Shown in pieces: positions 48,201 through 54,969 of a stretch of DNA of 56,035 nucleotides. Numbering within the stretch: position 1 is the stretch's first letter; each line of letters opens with the position of its first letter. The stretch is taken from positions 1 to 56,035 of the IMG/VR virus record IMGVR_UViG_3300045988_113806; one strand, written 5' to 3'. A model generated the notes under the pieces. It was not told where the DNA came from. It did no database searches and was given only the letters and a program-made list of their open reading frames with translations. The DNA comes from a virus. Both the position numbers and the translations under genes were made by a program.

Positions 48201-49121
48201 GAAAGGATCAACTACACTGGTCAGGCCACCAGGCTGCTTTCCTTTTGCGTAATCGCTGGCGCCTCTCTGCATACCTTCTTCCCAGGATTGCTGTGTTGCA
48301 CCACCGACAACACCGGCAGCCCCCAGGGCCGCTTTTCCCATTTTGGAGGTTACGTTTTTACCGAACATGGTCCCTAATCCCATGGATTCAGCGGTATTGG
48401 AAAGAGCCAGGAGCGGAGTCTGTATCAATGCGTTCACGGCAGCTGCTTTTTTCAGCTGATCCGGATCCGTGATACCTTCTTCCTCCATATCCTGGATTAC
48501 GTTACCGGATTCGCTGGCCACTTCAATAGGAGTCTTTGCGGCGTTTGCAACAATAAGGCTGCCGTATTTACTGGACAATGCTCTGGAAAGGGAGGGCAGC
48601 CCGTGAGCTGCTGCCTTTCCTGCAAAGTAATTGGCTAAGGTACTTAAATTGCCGACACCGGCAGCTCCGGCCATGGTGCCTAATGCTGCGGTTTCAGCTC
48701 CCATCATTAAGGCAGAACCTGTCATGTTCCCTGCATCATAAGCAAGGCCCTGGGGGTCCGTGATGTATGCCATGGGGTTGGAAGTGATGGTGTCAAAGTT
48801 CCAGTTATGGGTACGGGTGTTTCTCTTTGCAATTTCGTTGAGGTCATTGGCCATATCCCCGCCCATTCCCAAGAAAGTGTCGGAAAGGGTGGCCTGGCCG
48901 GACAGAACACCGGACGCACCGGCCTTAATACCGGAAAGAATGTTGTCCAGGAAACCGGCGTTTGCAAAGTTTTCCTCTTGAGAAAGTGGGGCGTCAGCAT
49001 CGCTGCGCCCCGTAATAGGATTGTAATAATACTCTTTATCTTCAATGGCACCGGTGTTAGGATCAACACCGTAAAACTCGTTTTCCTCTTTATCGATTTG
49101 TTCAAAAGGATCAAAAGCCAT
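36225..49121 (-). CDS. giant (4298 aa) multidomain virion-internal/ejection protein. It combines a lytic transglycosylase, an M15-like peptidase, an SF2 (SNF2/DExH) helicase, an N6-adenine DNA methyltransferase, an HExxH motif and C-terminal membrane segments.
   Basis: SLT motif GQESGGDTEAVNSSTGAYGSMQILPSNW. Peptidase-like SGNDSGVHADGPHSHYAGVKLDVS...GGHLDLDF. Helicase motif I TGTGKTYTG, motif II LIVCDESH, motif III LFLSATP, motif VI QQEGRIYR. MTase motif I LEPSAGDGAI, motif IV VMNPPFG. YHEAFHAAW. Hydrophobic GMYFLLAGVMQVPV / LARIAMYGLLAARPV. Confidence 0.75.
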   Translation of the reverse strand: MAFDPFEQIDKEENEFYGVDPNTGAIEDKEYYYNPITGRSDADAPLSQEENFANAGFLDNILSGIKAGASGVLSGQATLSDTFLGMGGDMANDLNEIAKRNTRTHNWNFDTITSNPMAYITDPQGLAYDAGNMTGSALMMGAETAALGTMAGAAGVGNLSTLANYFAGKAAAHGLPSLSRALSSKYGSLIVANAAKTPIEVASESGNVIQDMEEEGITDPDQLKKAAAVNALIQTPLLALSNTAESMGLGTMFGKNVTSKMGKAALGAAGVVGGATQQSWEEGMQRGASDYAKGKQPGGLTSVVDPFEWTQGQKDEAMAAMGPGMLFGGAGALGSRIARRWADRDVNDVDARDFNPNDPNENGPTPENGGPENNNNGPSGSALDETIDTTATEGPEETVSSQNEEAAAPASSGEDISSLTDDLASAITGQESGGDTEAVNSSTGAYGSMQILPSNWEEWSTEALGHVGDMNNVDDYNATAKHKLEQYVRDYGPEGAAVAWYAGEQNGKRYAEGLTTGIDDEGNEYSFNAPQSTGPSVNEYVASVMSKMQNGGGSSSAVSSFTPEMMVNTEGKTWDRLDDSVDVENVQDVTKAGLADIADVYYNTFGVPLTVTSGNDSGVHADGPHSHYAGVKLDVSGGVLDDAKKRHAFIEECEKRGIEVLDEYENPSPNSTGGHLDLDFTNYNGGSNRRSRGGVSSTVSGISLKDMTDYLKENQREFDEFGMKDTIDDALGSNDPSKIEDVFTTAKDTKDKLNYLKENQRQFDDPDLNNAIDEALTSKNPNVIESVYNAVKKQNDAQDAETNRILSELRDEMGLSNGNLKSPAAGPQVQKQTATTTTTAQKKKGTLPTFENLNRIPFIHRPFMGQVYTPYNVSTVNNPNGYSNGLINLAQRAMQGDQKAADLFSKIREWDRKALEDMVREQPKMLQQAPQAPAQATESSSTVNPSSMQENAPVTNSGAQEQRYANSPRGNTTTIESDDQTKYKAQYRLADANDLVVSHDTDSGMNIRTNPAYPSQFQPRDRNNATMRQQVISISNKLDPGRLMDSQMINTGAPVVNSNGIVLNGNGRAMGIKAAYRNGRGAAYKKALKANAQRLGLNPAAVDKMKNPVLVREVNASPDEMEKIIISKVGGAEMNAAERAVLDSKKVKDSTLERFIDNTSHSLVTTANANDYVLSVLKDITGGDPNKLNPLLNDRMEPSKEGVERARNAVFAMAYGDGSERLLNLVTMDTDSPIKSYTTSMVQVSPVFALLNKRIQDGMRYNINVTGPIAEAGNRLDGLRKNNTKLSIYLQEQALLPDFSPEAHAILQFVDESGRGSKNTTEFFTTMANIINQLGNPKEDATALFQDEGVTPDQIKPIDVVDYSYHVMKGDAEKYALGQTGTQLPQESSAEQGDKDLNPELEQGANPEGENGNARERHTAEDNEVPAEGSKPVQADEAGNPGEKSEQDVKPEAEKAVNNKPAGEVVQEAPKGKPDFEYSFQGINHDYKQTAKVFGNDIYVTGMVRPADKALKQKNELVKRTMKFDLRDFDKQAPEKIKKLAVDTKAGIFNMHPINRGIVGKYMFPTFKEAYKDTFPVMMNPQYGPLKAPDTDWGNFTSRAQGVADDLADTYYNSRMAFMNGYAEWKKAQVGAEDSTANAANDTTGGATEASQTANSQEEALSTAKVENQQEAEPAVEAETKPAPEAKPAVDTKQQRYGNDHYFSDSVTDSGSGRTWARVGIQKGYSVLNGEFKRANKLAKEHKGHYSKFGGERGWVFNTDADRDAFLKDARHDAVDVPEIENKPVQEKQKEEAAPAPAQEKAKKTAKKPYEDLLKDYSLDKGIKQIRDNLRADKNLAIVAKNSTEQDFELGMLGGAEEEALDIYNAAYDQKNQQAIDDFADLLNKRNALKTAMKPYVHDLYEGLRNEAANKGEKVTASETKQNKDNGKPENGIMKAEETGKKGAEKNVKSSVPGVAPRAGKGPGENTMGESRVQGSGSDGRSGQNREKTGEGPEEHGTGNRSVSDSGTSAGGKTGNSTVQAEKSEDRRAGSPKLPGSIADSYAGAPDDGRKGPEELVKSVKDRPKHESPVTKAQEKEINQKLNELKKALPMLAPEQVNDVMLAEDRLEKANGMMFTNGTGTGKTYTGMGVVKRFYDAGKQNVIVLAPSDDILKGWEEAAKKSFGIKLTRLADTTDSGKGPVTTTYANAGENKEITKRNWDLIVCDESHKLMSGAKAEPTKALNAVRAMSAHDDGFYRYFEDKYTKEYEDITNKRNELNELETRLASRTLNPGETLAELREAIKDKEDAYNKAYNEYDKLRRKEEELYKKRPKSKALFLSATPFQYVNDLDYANGYLFNYSDYGPMEQQGYNRSNGKQQFYIENFGYSMRYNQLNRPGADVDSTVMEQSFNEKMMKSGALHGRMLSSDYDYDRGFIRVDAGVGKKIDDGFNWLSDHYQKYDALADVLNQRFRGFYRFYLLEAIKAKSTIPIIKDYVKEGKKVVVFHNFNKGGADNPFILPEKAFSQIEPERQAALTRQYESFINERPDLLHLKLSSLKSPIETLSDAFGKSIAIYNGTLSKKERSAAIKAFNNDDSPIKIILVQSDAGQAGISLHDTTGKHQRVLINLGLPTKPSEAIQQEGRIYRFGNKSNALFRYLNTGTNFEQMAFAQKVAERAGTVENLAMGENARALKNSYVQAYEESQDSDDWKKYLPGSKTEGTGGKEIDYQQETMDDFDRAKAFYFGKQKKDARAKSREGIDYFATPEPLGEKMVEWLHAQPGDSLLEPSAGDGAIARWMPNNTSNTVVEPSNVLQARLMRNVNNVKLFKSGFELMDLHNKFNGIVMNPPFGLGGKTAIEHVAKAYKHLKDGGRLIAIIPDGPAANKRFDKWFNGDPDASRWQDRGVRDGVIMATINLPDITFKRAGTAVRTKLVVIDKYSDPDLRSKAASLADGTFDLPGDSINELFDNLENISMPDRLSDDGKRYSVREEENASASPTETDYADSLNENNESSDTNIQRSLDSLKQEVRDAFPQSEISDINDSQMKVKTAAGTITVDLQKNIIVGEQAEKKARKEHGMADADNIVVEGYYKQPTLNSDAVIALSQESSTGSAYHEAFHAAWDMALNDKEKAAMTKYYSKHTGGKTVSEAMADGYKEWKKQRTEGKGSYYGKLFQKVNDFVSKAKAILTGVENVHNVMRKVAEGNVWNRSAEINDAAMNAASNHSSNTAEQQEYDAETSPKQVPAMFKTIPWKQGTRNIDIGGGKYNVTTDYLKQKHGVENVVFDPYYRTKEENDKALEAIKGKADTVTVANVLNTIKQPAWRRCVILQAAQALKKDGTAYFQIYEGDRSGVGNATEKQQSYQNNMKTSEYVGEIQDYFKDVGRKGNVIIAKNPDFNPNDKAVWSMDDLATDDVAFSVRNAADNLKTKLKGDKNERIKVAVNDVVREMSITQSLLRSPSYIAEHVKRFAAFFKMAVKAQATQEHLRNLFNKQLNRIHHLYLHSKQDVQDWANLLWQGDAEGKEYSRKDLQDMGVAENVANAYSATRAMINHVYNMLNETRNHVETIQKRMTKPELKNLMQDKFADITRLEDRGPAKKGSLEHEYLVTYKRSKTWKTTDTVDAKMLKQLKSDPNIQVLSEEKKGKNYEVVYEERRGDIHKLEGYIPHFFHDFFVIAKDENGNNVVVGSGRNIKDAYKKAEAYIKEHPEYADNVTIAPKSFNFGDNEHARAVEIGDGQYFEMVKKCEDQLNMTMKEAREFLEDKVKTKNRHRFFGNFLQRKGALGFEENIDWVLHHYLNAASRYIALEPFKSGSISLFERYFGAWNKDYNDNQLAHYVKDYINDVNGDPNSIEMRINEWLNSIPFWRDFVSSKFGDRAALELTNRITSTISVAKLGFCNVSSALLNLGQIVNAYGITGDMKATLKAGGHALRPSFKDMRILHDCGIQDDIRLDAGAGGYTAFRPRALLSKTMGVFSFFDTYSRKVAALSGFYHAISEGKNYNEAIEYARMVNRKSNFDYSPVDAPAAFRKVQGSVIGDLMLQFQKYKVKELELMHDITINGPKGKALKFWGMYFLLAGVMQVPVTDWFNDLFKQILGIDYKLKIKGAIMDAAGDSEIGRGLARIAMYGLLAARPVNIDISQRFGMGDFILPPKSTLVDILGGPTLSTITQMYIGIHNNDPLQVLKGFSPALGNYAQVLLGKTVDKKGRTMRGLDSTYDKIVKAVGFRLADESINSDISQVKRQRQSELQEERQGFIRSLLDKEEAGEPRTAEDVQKMKEFGITNKKLKQYRNQRNSSFNERVSKTGSKKFRESNDALMNFAQ

Positions 49122-49135
49122 TGTTCACACTCCTT

Positions 49136-51211
49136 TTATAATCCGAAAGCCTCCCAGTCAGTATCGTTGAACAGCTTTTTAGCAAGGTCATTACCGTAAC
49201 GCTTTCTGGCTGCTTCCATCATGCCTTCCTTGTCCAAGCCCTGATCCCCGGCCTGTTGATTGTATTGCAGGGCCTGTGTCCATTCGCTCATCTTTAAGCG
49301 ATAGATATTATTCTGTGTGGGGTCCGGTCTGTCTCCATAAATGCTTTTATACGCATTGTCTCCTGCTTTTTGGAGCCAGGAGAAGAAACCGCCAGAGGAA
49401 TCGCCACCACCAGGAGAAGGCTGGGCCGGTGTCTCGGCTTCGGGAGGCCCATTCCATGTTCCAATCCCCGTTTGCCGTACAGCAGCATCAATTAAGTAAC
49501 TGATTTCATCCGGACTGAGGTTGTTCTCAATACTAGATAGGTATTGATAAATTTCATCTGGACTGGTTTTCCCGGTTTTCAATACTGTGCCGATTGCCCC
49601 AATCAGTTTGTTTTTAGCTGCTGTGCTGGGCTTCGGGTCCTCTCCTACGGTTGTATCACCGTAGGCCACAGAGGTTTGCCGGAGCAGTTCACCTACGGTT
49701 TTTGGTTGTTTCAAGCTGCCGGTAAGTCCACTCCGGGAACTGCCGAGTCCTTTGCCCAAGGCAATCTGTACAAGTTGTTCCGGTGTAGCGTTCGGATAGA
49801 TTTTAGCGGCGAGGGAAACACGGTTGGCAATTTTCTGCTGTTCTGCTTGCAGGGCCAAATTGGTTTTGTATCTTGCCATTTCCTTGTTGATTTGTAAATT
49901 GAATTTGGCAAGGTCTTTGGTGTTTTGCAGGTTATCTTTTGCAAATTTCTCTTTCTGTGCAAACTGATGGTCCGACTTTTTGTACCACTGTTCGTTCTGC
50001 CACAGAGTCGGATAAAATACCGCGTTCTTCAGGAACAGGTTTGCCGCCTCCGGATTATCTTTGAAAAGTTGTACAATCTTCTCCTGGAACTGTGCGGTAG
50101 TCGGGTCCGCTGTCAAAAGGTCTTTCAAGTCAAGCTGCGTATTATGGTCTTTCACTTTCTGATCGTAGGAGTCGGCCATCATTTCCAGGGTAGACATGGT
50201 TTTGGCAATCCGGTCCTCGTCAAACCCATCTTTTAACATAGCAAGGCGCTGTTGCATCAGCCATTTGGTCTTGTCAAATTCCATCCGTTCGTTAGGGTCC
50301 TGTTTAGGGACCGGCTGAGGGGGCGGGAGCTGGCTTGCAGCTGCCGTGGACTGCTGTTGCTGATCCGCAGCAGGGGCCGGTGCTACCGGCTGAGCAATAT
50401 TGCCCCCTGCGTTCACGGTATCAAGCATCTGTTGAACTGCCGGGTCTCCTGCGTTCTGCTGCAAGGCGTTCCCTACCTGCTGGAGCTCCTGAGCCTGCCG
50501 GAGCTGGAAATTGGAGGGGATAATTGCTTCCGGAGACGTATCTACCGCAGCCCCGCCAACTCCATTCGTGTTGGCTGTATCAGCGGGGCTTGACTGAAAA
50601 AAACCGTTGCCGGAAATCCCTAAACCGGGTTGCTGCCCGTTTCTAATCTGCTGTTCCAGTTCCAGCTGGTCAAGAACCTGCATACGCGGATCCTGCTGAT
50701 AGTCGGTAGAACCGATAGAAATAGCGGGCTGCTGCTGAGTCACTACTGCGGCAGCCGGGGCGGTTTGCGCGGCCGGGGCTGTGTTCCCGGAAATGCCGAT
50801 TGCACCGGCAGCACCCGGAACGCCGTTGATTACATTTGCGTCATTCTGCATGCTCTGTTCCCATGCTTTCTGGGCTGCCGGGTTGTCCTGCAAGGGGACA
50901 ATCTGCTGAGCACTGGGAATGGAAGTGTCGCCGATGGAAAGCTGGTCCAGGGCCTGAGCCTGCTGTTCAGGAGTGACAGTCGGTTCGAATCCGTTCAGGG
51001 AAGCTGCTGCGTTCTCCAGGATTTTCTGTTCTCCGCGCTTATTGTAGTTATCAGCCAGAGTGGAACCGGCCATATATCCCAGTGCAAAGTAGGGATCACT
51101 GTAGGCCAGTTTGGTCCAGTTGACCTGCTGCTTGGTGTTTCTCGGCGCATATTTGGCATAAGTGTTCGTTGTAGTATTCGTTGCCATTTCTTTCCTCCCG
51201 ATGATTACCAT
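49136..51211 (-). CDS. virion-internal/ejection protein candidate (691 aa; Gln/Ala/Pro-rich)
   Basis: position between the Hint protein and the giant protein. Confidence 0.45.
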   Translation of the reverse strand: MVIIGRKEMATNTTTNTYAKYAPRNTKQQVNWTKLAYSDPYFALGYMAGSTLADNYNKRGEQKILENAAASLNGFEPTVTPEQQAQALDQLSIGDTSIPSAQQIVPLQDNPAAQKAWEQSMQNDANVINGVPGAAGAIGISGNTAPAAQTAPAAAVVTQQQPAISIGSTDYQQDPRMQVLDQLELEQQIRNGQQPGLGISGNGFFQSSPADTANTNGVGGAAVDTSPEAIIPSNFQLRQAQELQQVGNALQQNAGDPAVQQMLDTVNAGGNIAQPVAPAPAADQQQQSTAAASQLPPPQPVPKQDPNERMEFDKTKWLMQQRLAMLKDGFDEDRIAKTMSTLEMMADSYDQKVKDHNTQLDLKDLLTADPTTAQFQEKIVQLFKDNPEAANLFLKNAVFYPTLWQNEQWYKKSDHQFAQKEKFAKDNLQNTKDLAKFNLQINKEMARYKTNLALQAEQQKIANRVSLAAKIYPNATPEQLVQIALGKGLGSSRSGLTGSLKQPKTVGELLRQTSVAYGDTTVGEDPKPSTAAKNKLIGAIGTVLKTGKTSPDEIYQYLSSIENNLSPDEISYLIDAAVRQTGIGTWNGPPEAETPAQPSPGGGDSSGGFFSWLQKAGDNAYKSIYGDRPDPTQNNIYRLKMSEWTQALQYNQQAGDQGLDKEGMMEAARKRYGNDLAKKLFNDTDWEAFGL

Positions 51212-52341
51212 TCATTGGTAGCACCGATAGCCACGAAGCCATTGGCGTAATACCGGTTGTCGCCTGTCAGTTTCATGTCGTATACTCTTGCTTCTTCAAG
51301 TGGAGCATAACCGAAAATGCGGGCCGTCCCTTTGTCGGTGAGAATGGTATCACCGGCATGGAGCTCTTTCAGGGTTGCCAGGGTGCCGTCTTCCTTCACA
51401 AAAGGCTGGGTGAATGTGGTGTCCACTTTGAACACGTCGTCGCCGTCAAAGGCAATCAGCCGGTAGGTATCGGCTCTGCCGTTCTTTAATACATCTACAA
51501 CGGTTTCAACGCTTTCTTTCCCGCCTTTGGAAGGACAAATAACCTTGTCGCCTGCTTTAATTGCGGAAATCTTTTTGGTTCCTTCCGGTGTCTTGATTTT
51601 CGTGTTCCCTGCAAAGCAGAAAATACCGCCGCTGTTGGAAGCGTAGCCAGCCAGCAGGCCACCAAACAGGCCGCTTCCTCCGCTGGTTTTCTGTGTAGCG
51701 GTCGTTGTTCCCTGACCAGATACACCGGCAAGCGCGCTGTTAGTTGCTCCATTGAGCCCCAGAGAAGCGTTCCAAAGGTTGAGTGCGGGCTGCTGTGCGG
51801 CTTCCTGTGCGGCAGCTCCAGTAGTAATACCGGCGTTCGCTCCGCTCATCTGCTGCCCGTAAAGCTGGCTCAAAAGGCCGATGTTACTGGTGTATGCATT
51901 GGCCATGGCCTGAGAAGCAGCATCATTAATGTCTGCAATTCCCCTGTTTGTAACGCTGGAGTTCAGCACACCATTACTGCCTAATGTGTTCAGCATATTT
52001 CCCATGGAAGAATTGACTCCCTGCTGGATCTGGTTCTGCATATTCTGGGTATATGCCGTAGGCAGCTGTCCATTAATGAGGCCCTGCACACCCTGCTGAG
52101 CGCCGGCAATCTGCCCCTGGGCCGACTGGTTTAATCCGTTGAAGTCAACCTGTGTGGAACCGATGGAATCCTGGAGGATGTTCCTGGCAACATTGTTCAG
52201 CCACAAGGCGTTAGGCGCTACAGCTTCGGAGTAATCAGCTGCCTGGCGTTGTAGCCTTCTTTCTTCTGGTGTCGGCGTGTAGCTCTGGACCGTTGTGTTG
52301 CTGGAGCCCTTTTTATGGAGCTGTAAAACTAAATCAAACAT
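51205..52341 (-). CDS. virion protein with Gln/Asn/Gly-rich N-terminal region and C-terminal Hint (Hedgehog/intein-like) domain
   Basis: GGIFCFAGNTKIKTPEGTKKISAIKAGDKVI ... ends ...DNRYYANGFVAIGATNEW. Confidence 0.55.
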   Translation of the reverse strand: MFDLVLQLHKKGSSNTTVQSYTPTPEERRLQRQAADYSEAVAPNALWLNNVARNILQDSIGSTQVDFNGLNQSAQGQIAGAQQGVQGLINGQLPTAYTQNMQNQIQQGVNSSMGNMLNTLGSNGVLNSSVTNRGIADINDAASQAMANAYTSNIGLLSQLYGQQMSGANAGITTGAAAQEAAQQPALNLWNASLGLNGATNSALAGVSGQGTTTATQKTSGGSGLFGGLLAGYASNSGGIFCFAGNTKIKTPEGTKKISAIKAGDKVICPSKGGKESVETVVDVLKNGRADTYRLIAFDGDDVFKVDTTFTQPFVKEDGTLATLKELHAGDTILTDKGTARIFGYAPLEEARVYDMKLTGDNRYYANGFVAIGATNEW

Positions 52342-52348
52342 TCATTCA

Positions 52349-52837
52349 TCACTCGCTTTCCCTGGAAAGGTTTGGAGCTTCGTGGCCCATGTACTCCGTT
52401 ACCCAGTAATCAGGACGGTGGGAAATCTCATTGATTCCCTTGAAGGTAATCACCACATATCTGTCCAGCTTATCCTTGCAGATGTATCGTTCCTGTCCGT
52501 TGATATGCTGTTCCTTGATAATCTTCCATCCCCAGAAACGGATATACGGTCTGATCCGGCGCGTGCAAATGGTGCTGATACATTTCAGGCCGTTCTGTCT
52601 GCAATACATTTCTGCCAGGTCTCTCCAAAATTTAGCATCCCCGCACAAGTCGTAGATAACAAAGATGCCTGTATCCGCCTCCGGTTTCATGACACAAATC
52701 CCGCGGTCCTCTAGAAAGTTGAGTGTAAAGCCGGGTGGGACTGATACATAGTCTCCCGTCTTTTGCTTGTATAGGGCCATCCATTCTTCAAACGTCCTTG
52801 CGTTCGCTCTCGTGACCTTCTTCTTTTCCGTTTCCAT
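52349..52837 (-). CDS. hypothetical Cys-rich protein (~163 aa from METEKKK); the track ORF 52349..53044 has an out-of-frame 5' extension
   Basis: the first ~69 codons of the track ORF are Arg/Lys-rich junk that overlaps the upstream membrane gene. Confidence 0.4.
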   Translation of the reverse strand: METEKKKVTRANARTFEEWMALYKQKTGDYVSVPPGFTLNFLEDRGICVMKPEADTGIFVIYDLCGDAKFWRDLAEMYCRQNGLKCISTICTRRIRPYIRFWGWKIIKEQHINGQERYICKDKLDRYVVITFKGINEISHRPDYWVTEYMGHEAPNLSRESE

Positions 52838-53234
52838 CTTCCGTTTCCTTTCCTCCTTCCATTCTTTGTTCCTGCTTCGGCCCGCAGTCAGCCCCGGCCC
52901 GTTTGGGCGGTGGCGGTGCTGGCCGGTCTTTGTTGTTGCCTGTTTCCCACGTATCCGGGATTCCATCTTCGTCCTTATCCACCAGGGCTTTTCCCAGCAC
53001 GCAGAAAGTACCGACAACGGCCACTCCGAAATAGGTCCCTGCAAACTGGTTGACTGCCGGGTAATTCACTTTCCCGGTAGTCCAAAATTCCAGCAGGAGC
53101 CCAACTAAATAGAGGCTTCCCACACTGATGAAGATTCCCGCATAAAGCAGCAGGAACAGCCTTGGAAGTCCCGTGATTTTCATTTTGGTTAAGCCCTGGT
53201 TAAGGACCCTTATCCATTTTTGTATTCCGTTCAT
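52788..53234 (-). CDS. membrane protein (3 TM) with DKDEDGIPDTWE Ca-binding-like motif
   Basis: hydrophobic segments; C-terminal low-complexity tail may be an overlap artefact. Confidence 0.4.
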   Translation of the reverse strand: MNGIQKWIRVLNQGLTKMKITGLPRLFLLLYAGIFISVGSLYLVGLLLEFWTTGKVNYPAVNQFAGTYFGVAVVGTFCVLGKALVDKDEDGIPDTWETGNNKDRPAPPPPKRAGADCGPKQEQRMEGGKETEDGNGKEEGHESERKDV

Positions 53235-53242
53235 AGCGTGCC

Positions 53243-54592
53243 TCAGTTCTCGCCTGCATAAAGGTTGATGAAGCCAATCGCAATATTTCCATTTGTCTCA
53301 ATCCCCAGGACTGAATCCCGGCATACGGAAAAGCAGTGAACCACCCGGCGCTTTCTCCCCACCTTGAAAAGAACGTTTTTATTCGCCCATTTGAGGTGTA
53401 GCGTTCCGCTGCCGGTCACAGCCACATCAAACTTTCTTGTGATAATGCTTGTAGAGGACGAGAGTTGCCGTGTGACGAGTTTTTGCTCTATGGGGGTACC
53501 GTTATCTGTCGTGTACCGTTTTGCCCATCTGTAGAGCGAATTTCCGCCTGCTATGATGATTCCGTCCTGCGTATCTGCCATATCCTTTATGTCCATGGGA
53601 AAAGAAAGCTCTACACAGGCCCCCATATCATACTGGAGGCAGTACAGGTTCCCGGTGTTGGTCTTGGTATTCGGCTGGATAATCAGCTGCCGTTTGCGGA
53701 CCAGATTGTACAGCCGGGGCTGGTTCACTTCCTGTTCCAGGTTCCGGTTGAACTTTCTTCCCAGTTCGTTGATGGTAAAGTTCCCGTAGTTCTGTACGGC
53801 TTCCAGAGTCCGCAGGCCCTTATTGGTGCAGAAGGCTATGGTGCTTCCCAGAACGATGATCCCGTCTGCTGTCAGCACGTCCGAATTATCCCCGGCAAGA
53901 GAAGTATTCCAGCTGGTGTAGAAACCGTTGGTGTTGTACACCTTCCCGTTGCTCTTGAAAGTGGCAATATCGCCGCTGATCGGGAGGACTTTCAGAATAT
54001 CCCCATCATCTTTGTAGCCAACTTCCAGCCATTTAGATGAGCTGTCAGAATCAGTATCTTCTTTCCAGCCATCTTCATAGGGATTGCCGGTAGCGGAGTA
54101 ATAGATATTGTCATCTCCCATGCAGGAAATAACCAGCCTGCTCATGCTCTCCCAAACATAATCACAGTTGTAGGACGCTTCGATGGTTGTCACCGTATGA
54201 GCGGAAGGATCATAATACTGCAATTTTCCACCGCTTGCGATAAACACTTTCCCGTCAAACCGGCAATAGTTAGGCTTCCGGTTGCCGGTTAGTGTTCCCA
54301 CCTTGTTATGCAGGGTATCCAGATTTTCTTCCCAGATGGAACCGTCAGACAGACACACAAGGAATTGGTTCAGGCCGTTGTTGTAGAACACAGAAAGGAT
54401 TTCCTTGTCATAGGTCACAAGAGGGGCGGAAAGGCCGCCCCTTGTCACCAGCCGATTAAAGTCGTATTCGAAATTCTGGATAACCTGATATTCGTTTTCC
54501 TGGAGCTGTTGGGGAGGGACGGCGGTATTAATACCGCCAGTGAAATCAGAACATGAAAGAATGTTGATATTCTTCTTTTCCATCGCTGCCAT
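53243..54592 (-). CDS. tail/baseplate structural protein (449 aa, beta-rich repeats)
   Basis: position; repeated Y/W-G beta-strand motifs. Confidence 0.45.
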   Translation of the reverse strand: MAAMEKKNINILSCSDFTGGINTAVPPQQLQENEYQVIQNFEYDFNRLVTRGGLSAPLVTYDKEILSVFYNNGLNQFLVCLSDGSIWEENLDTLHNKVGTLTGNRKPNYCRFDGKVFIASGGKLQYYDPSAHTVTTIEASYNCDYVWESMSRLVISCMGDDNIYYSATGNPYEDGWKEDTDSDSSSKWLEVGYKDDGDILKVLPISGDIATFKSNGKVYNTNGFYTSWNTSLAGDNSDVLTADGIIVLGSTIAFCTNKGLRTLEAVQNYGNFTINELGRKFNRNLEQEVNQPRLYNLVRKRQLIIQPNTKTNTGNLYCLQYDMGACVELSFPMDIKDMADTQDGIIIAGGNSLYRWAKRYTTDNGTPIEQKLVTRQLSSSTSIITRKFDVAVTGSGTLHLKWANKNVLFKVGRKRRVVHCFSVCRDSVLGIETNGNIAIGFINLYAGEN

Positions 54593-54605
54593 TATTCCAC
54601 CTTCT

Positions 54606-54902
54606 TCATTTACGAACGGCCTCCTGCATCGTAAGAACGGCTTCTCTTTTTGCGGCCATTACACCGTTCTCTCCCAGATTTTCATAGCACTTGTACATTT
54701 CTTCGAACGCTTGCTTGTCATCTGCTGTGGGAGAATTTTGCTTGAACTTAATGTACATATCATTGAGTGATGCGCGCAATATAAGTTGCATACCCTTGCG
54801 CATGGCTTGAAGCCCGGAAAAATACGCGTACGCGTACCCGGACACCGCCCCGACCGCAAGGCCAAGGGCGGTGTTTAAAATGTTCGATAAAATCGTTTCC
54901 AA
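54606..54902 (-). CDS. small single-TM protein with charged C-terminus (98 aa); holin-like but located among tail genes
   Basis: ALGLAVGAVSGYAYAYFSGL TM segment. Confidence 0.35.
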   Translation of the reverse strand: METILSNILNTALGLAVGAVSGYAYAYFSGLQAMRKGMQLILRASLNDMYIKFKQNSPTADDKQAFEEMYKCYENLGENGVMAAKREAVLTMQEAVRK

Positions 54903-54969
54903 GTTGTCGTCCCTTCTTGTAATCCAGACCGGAGCTAGGGCCGCTAATCACTAGCAGCCCTATAAAGAA

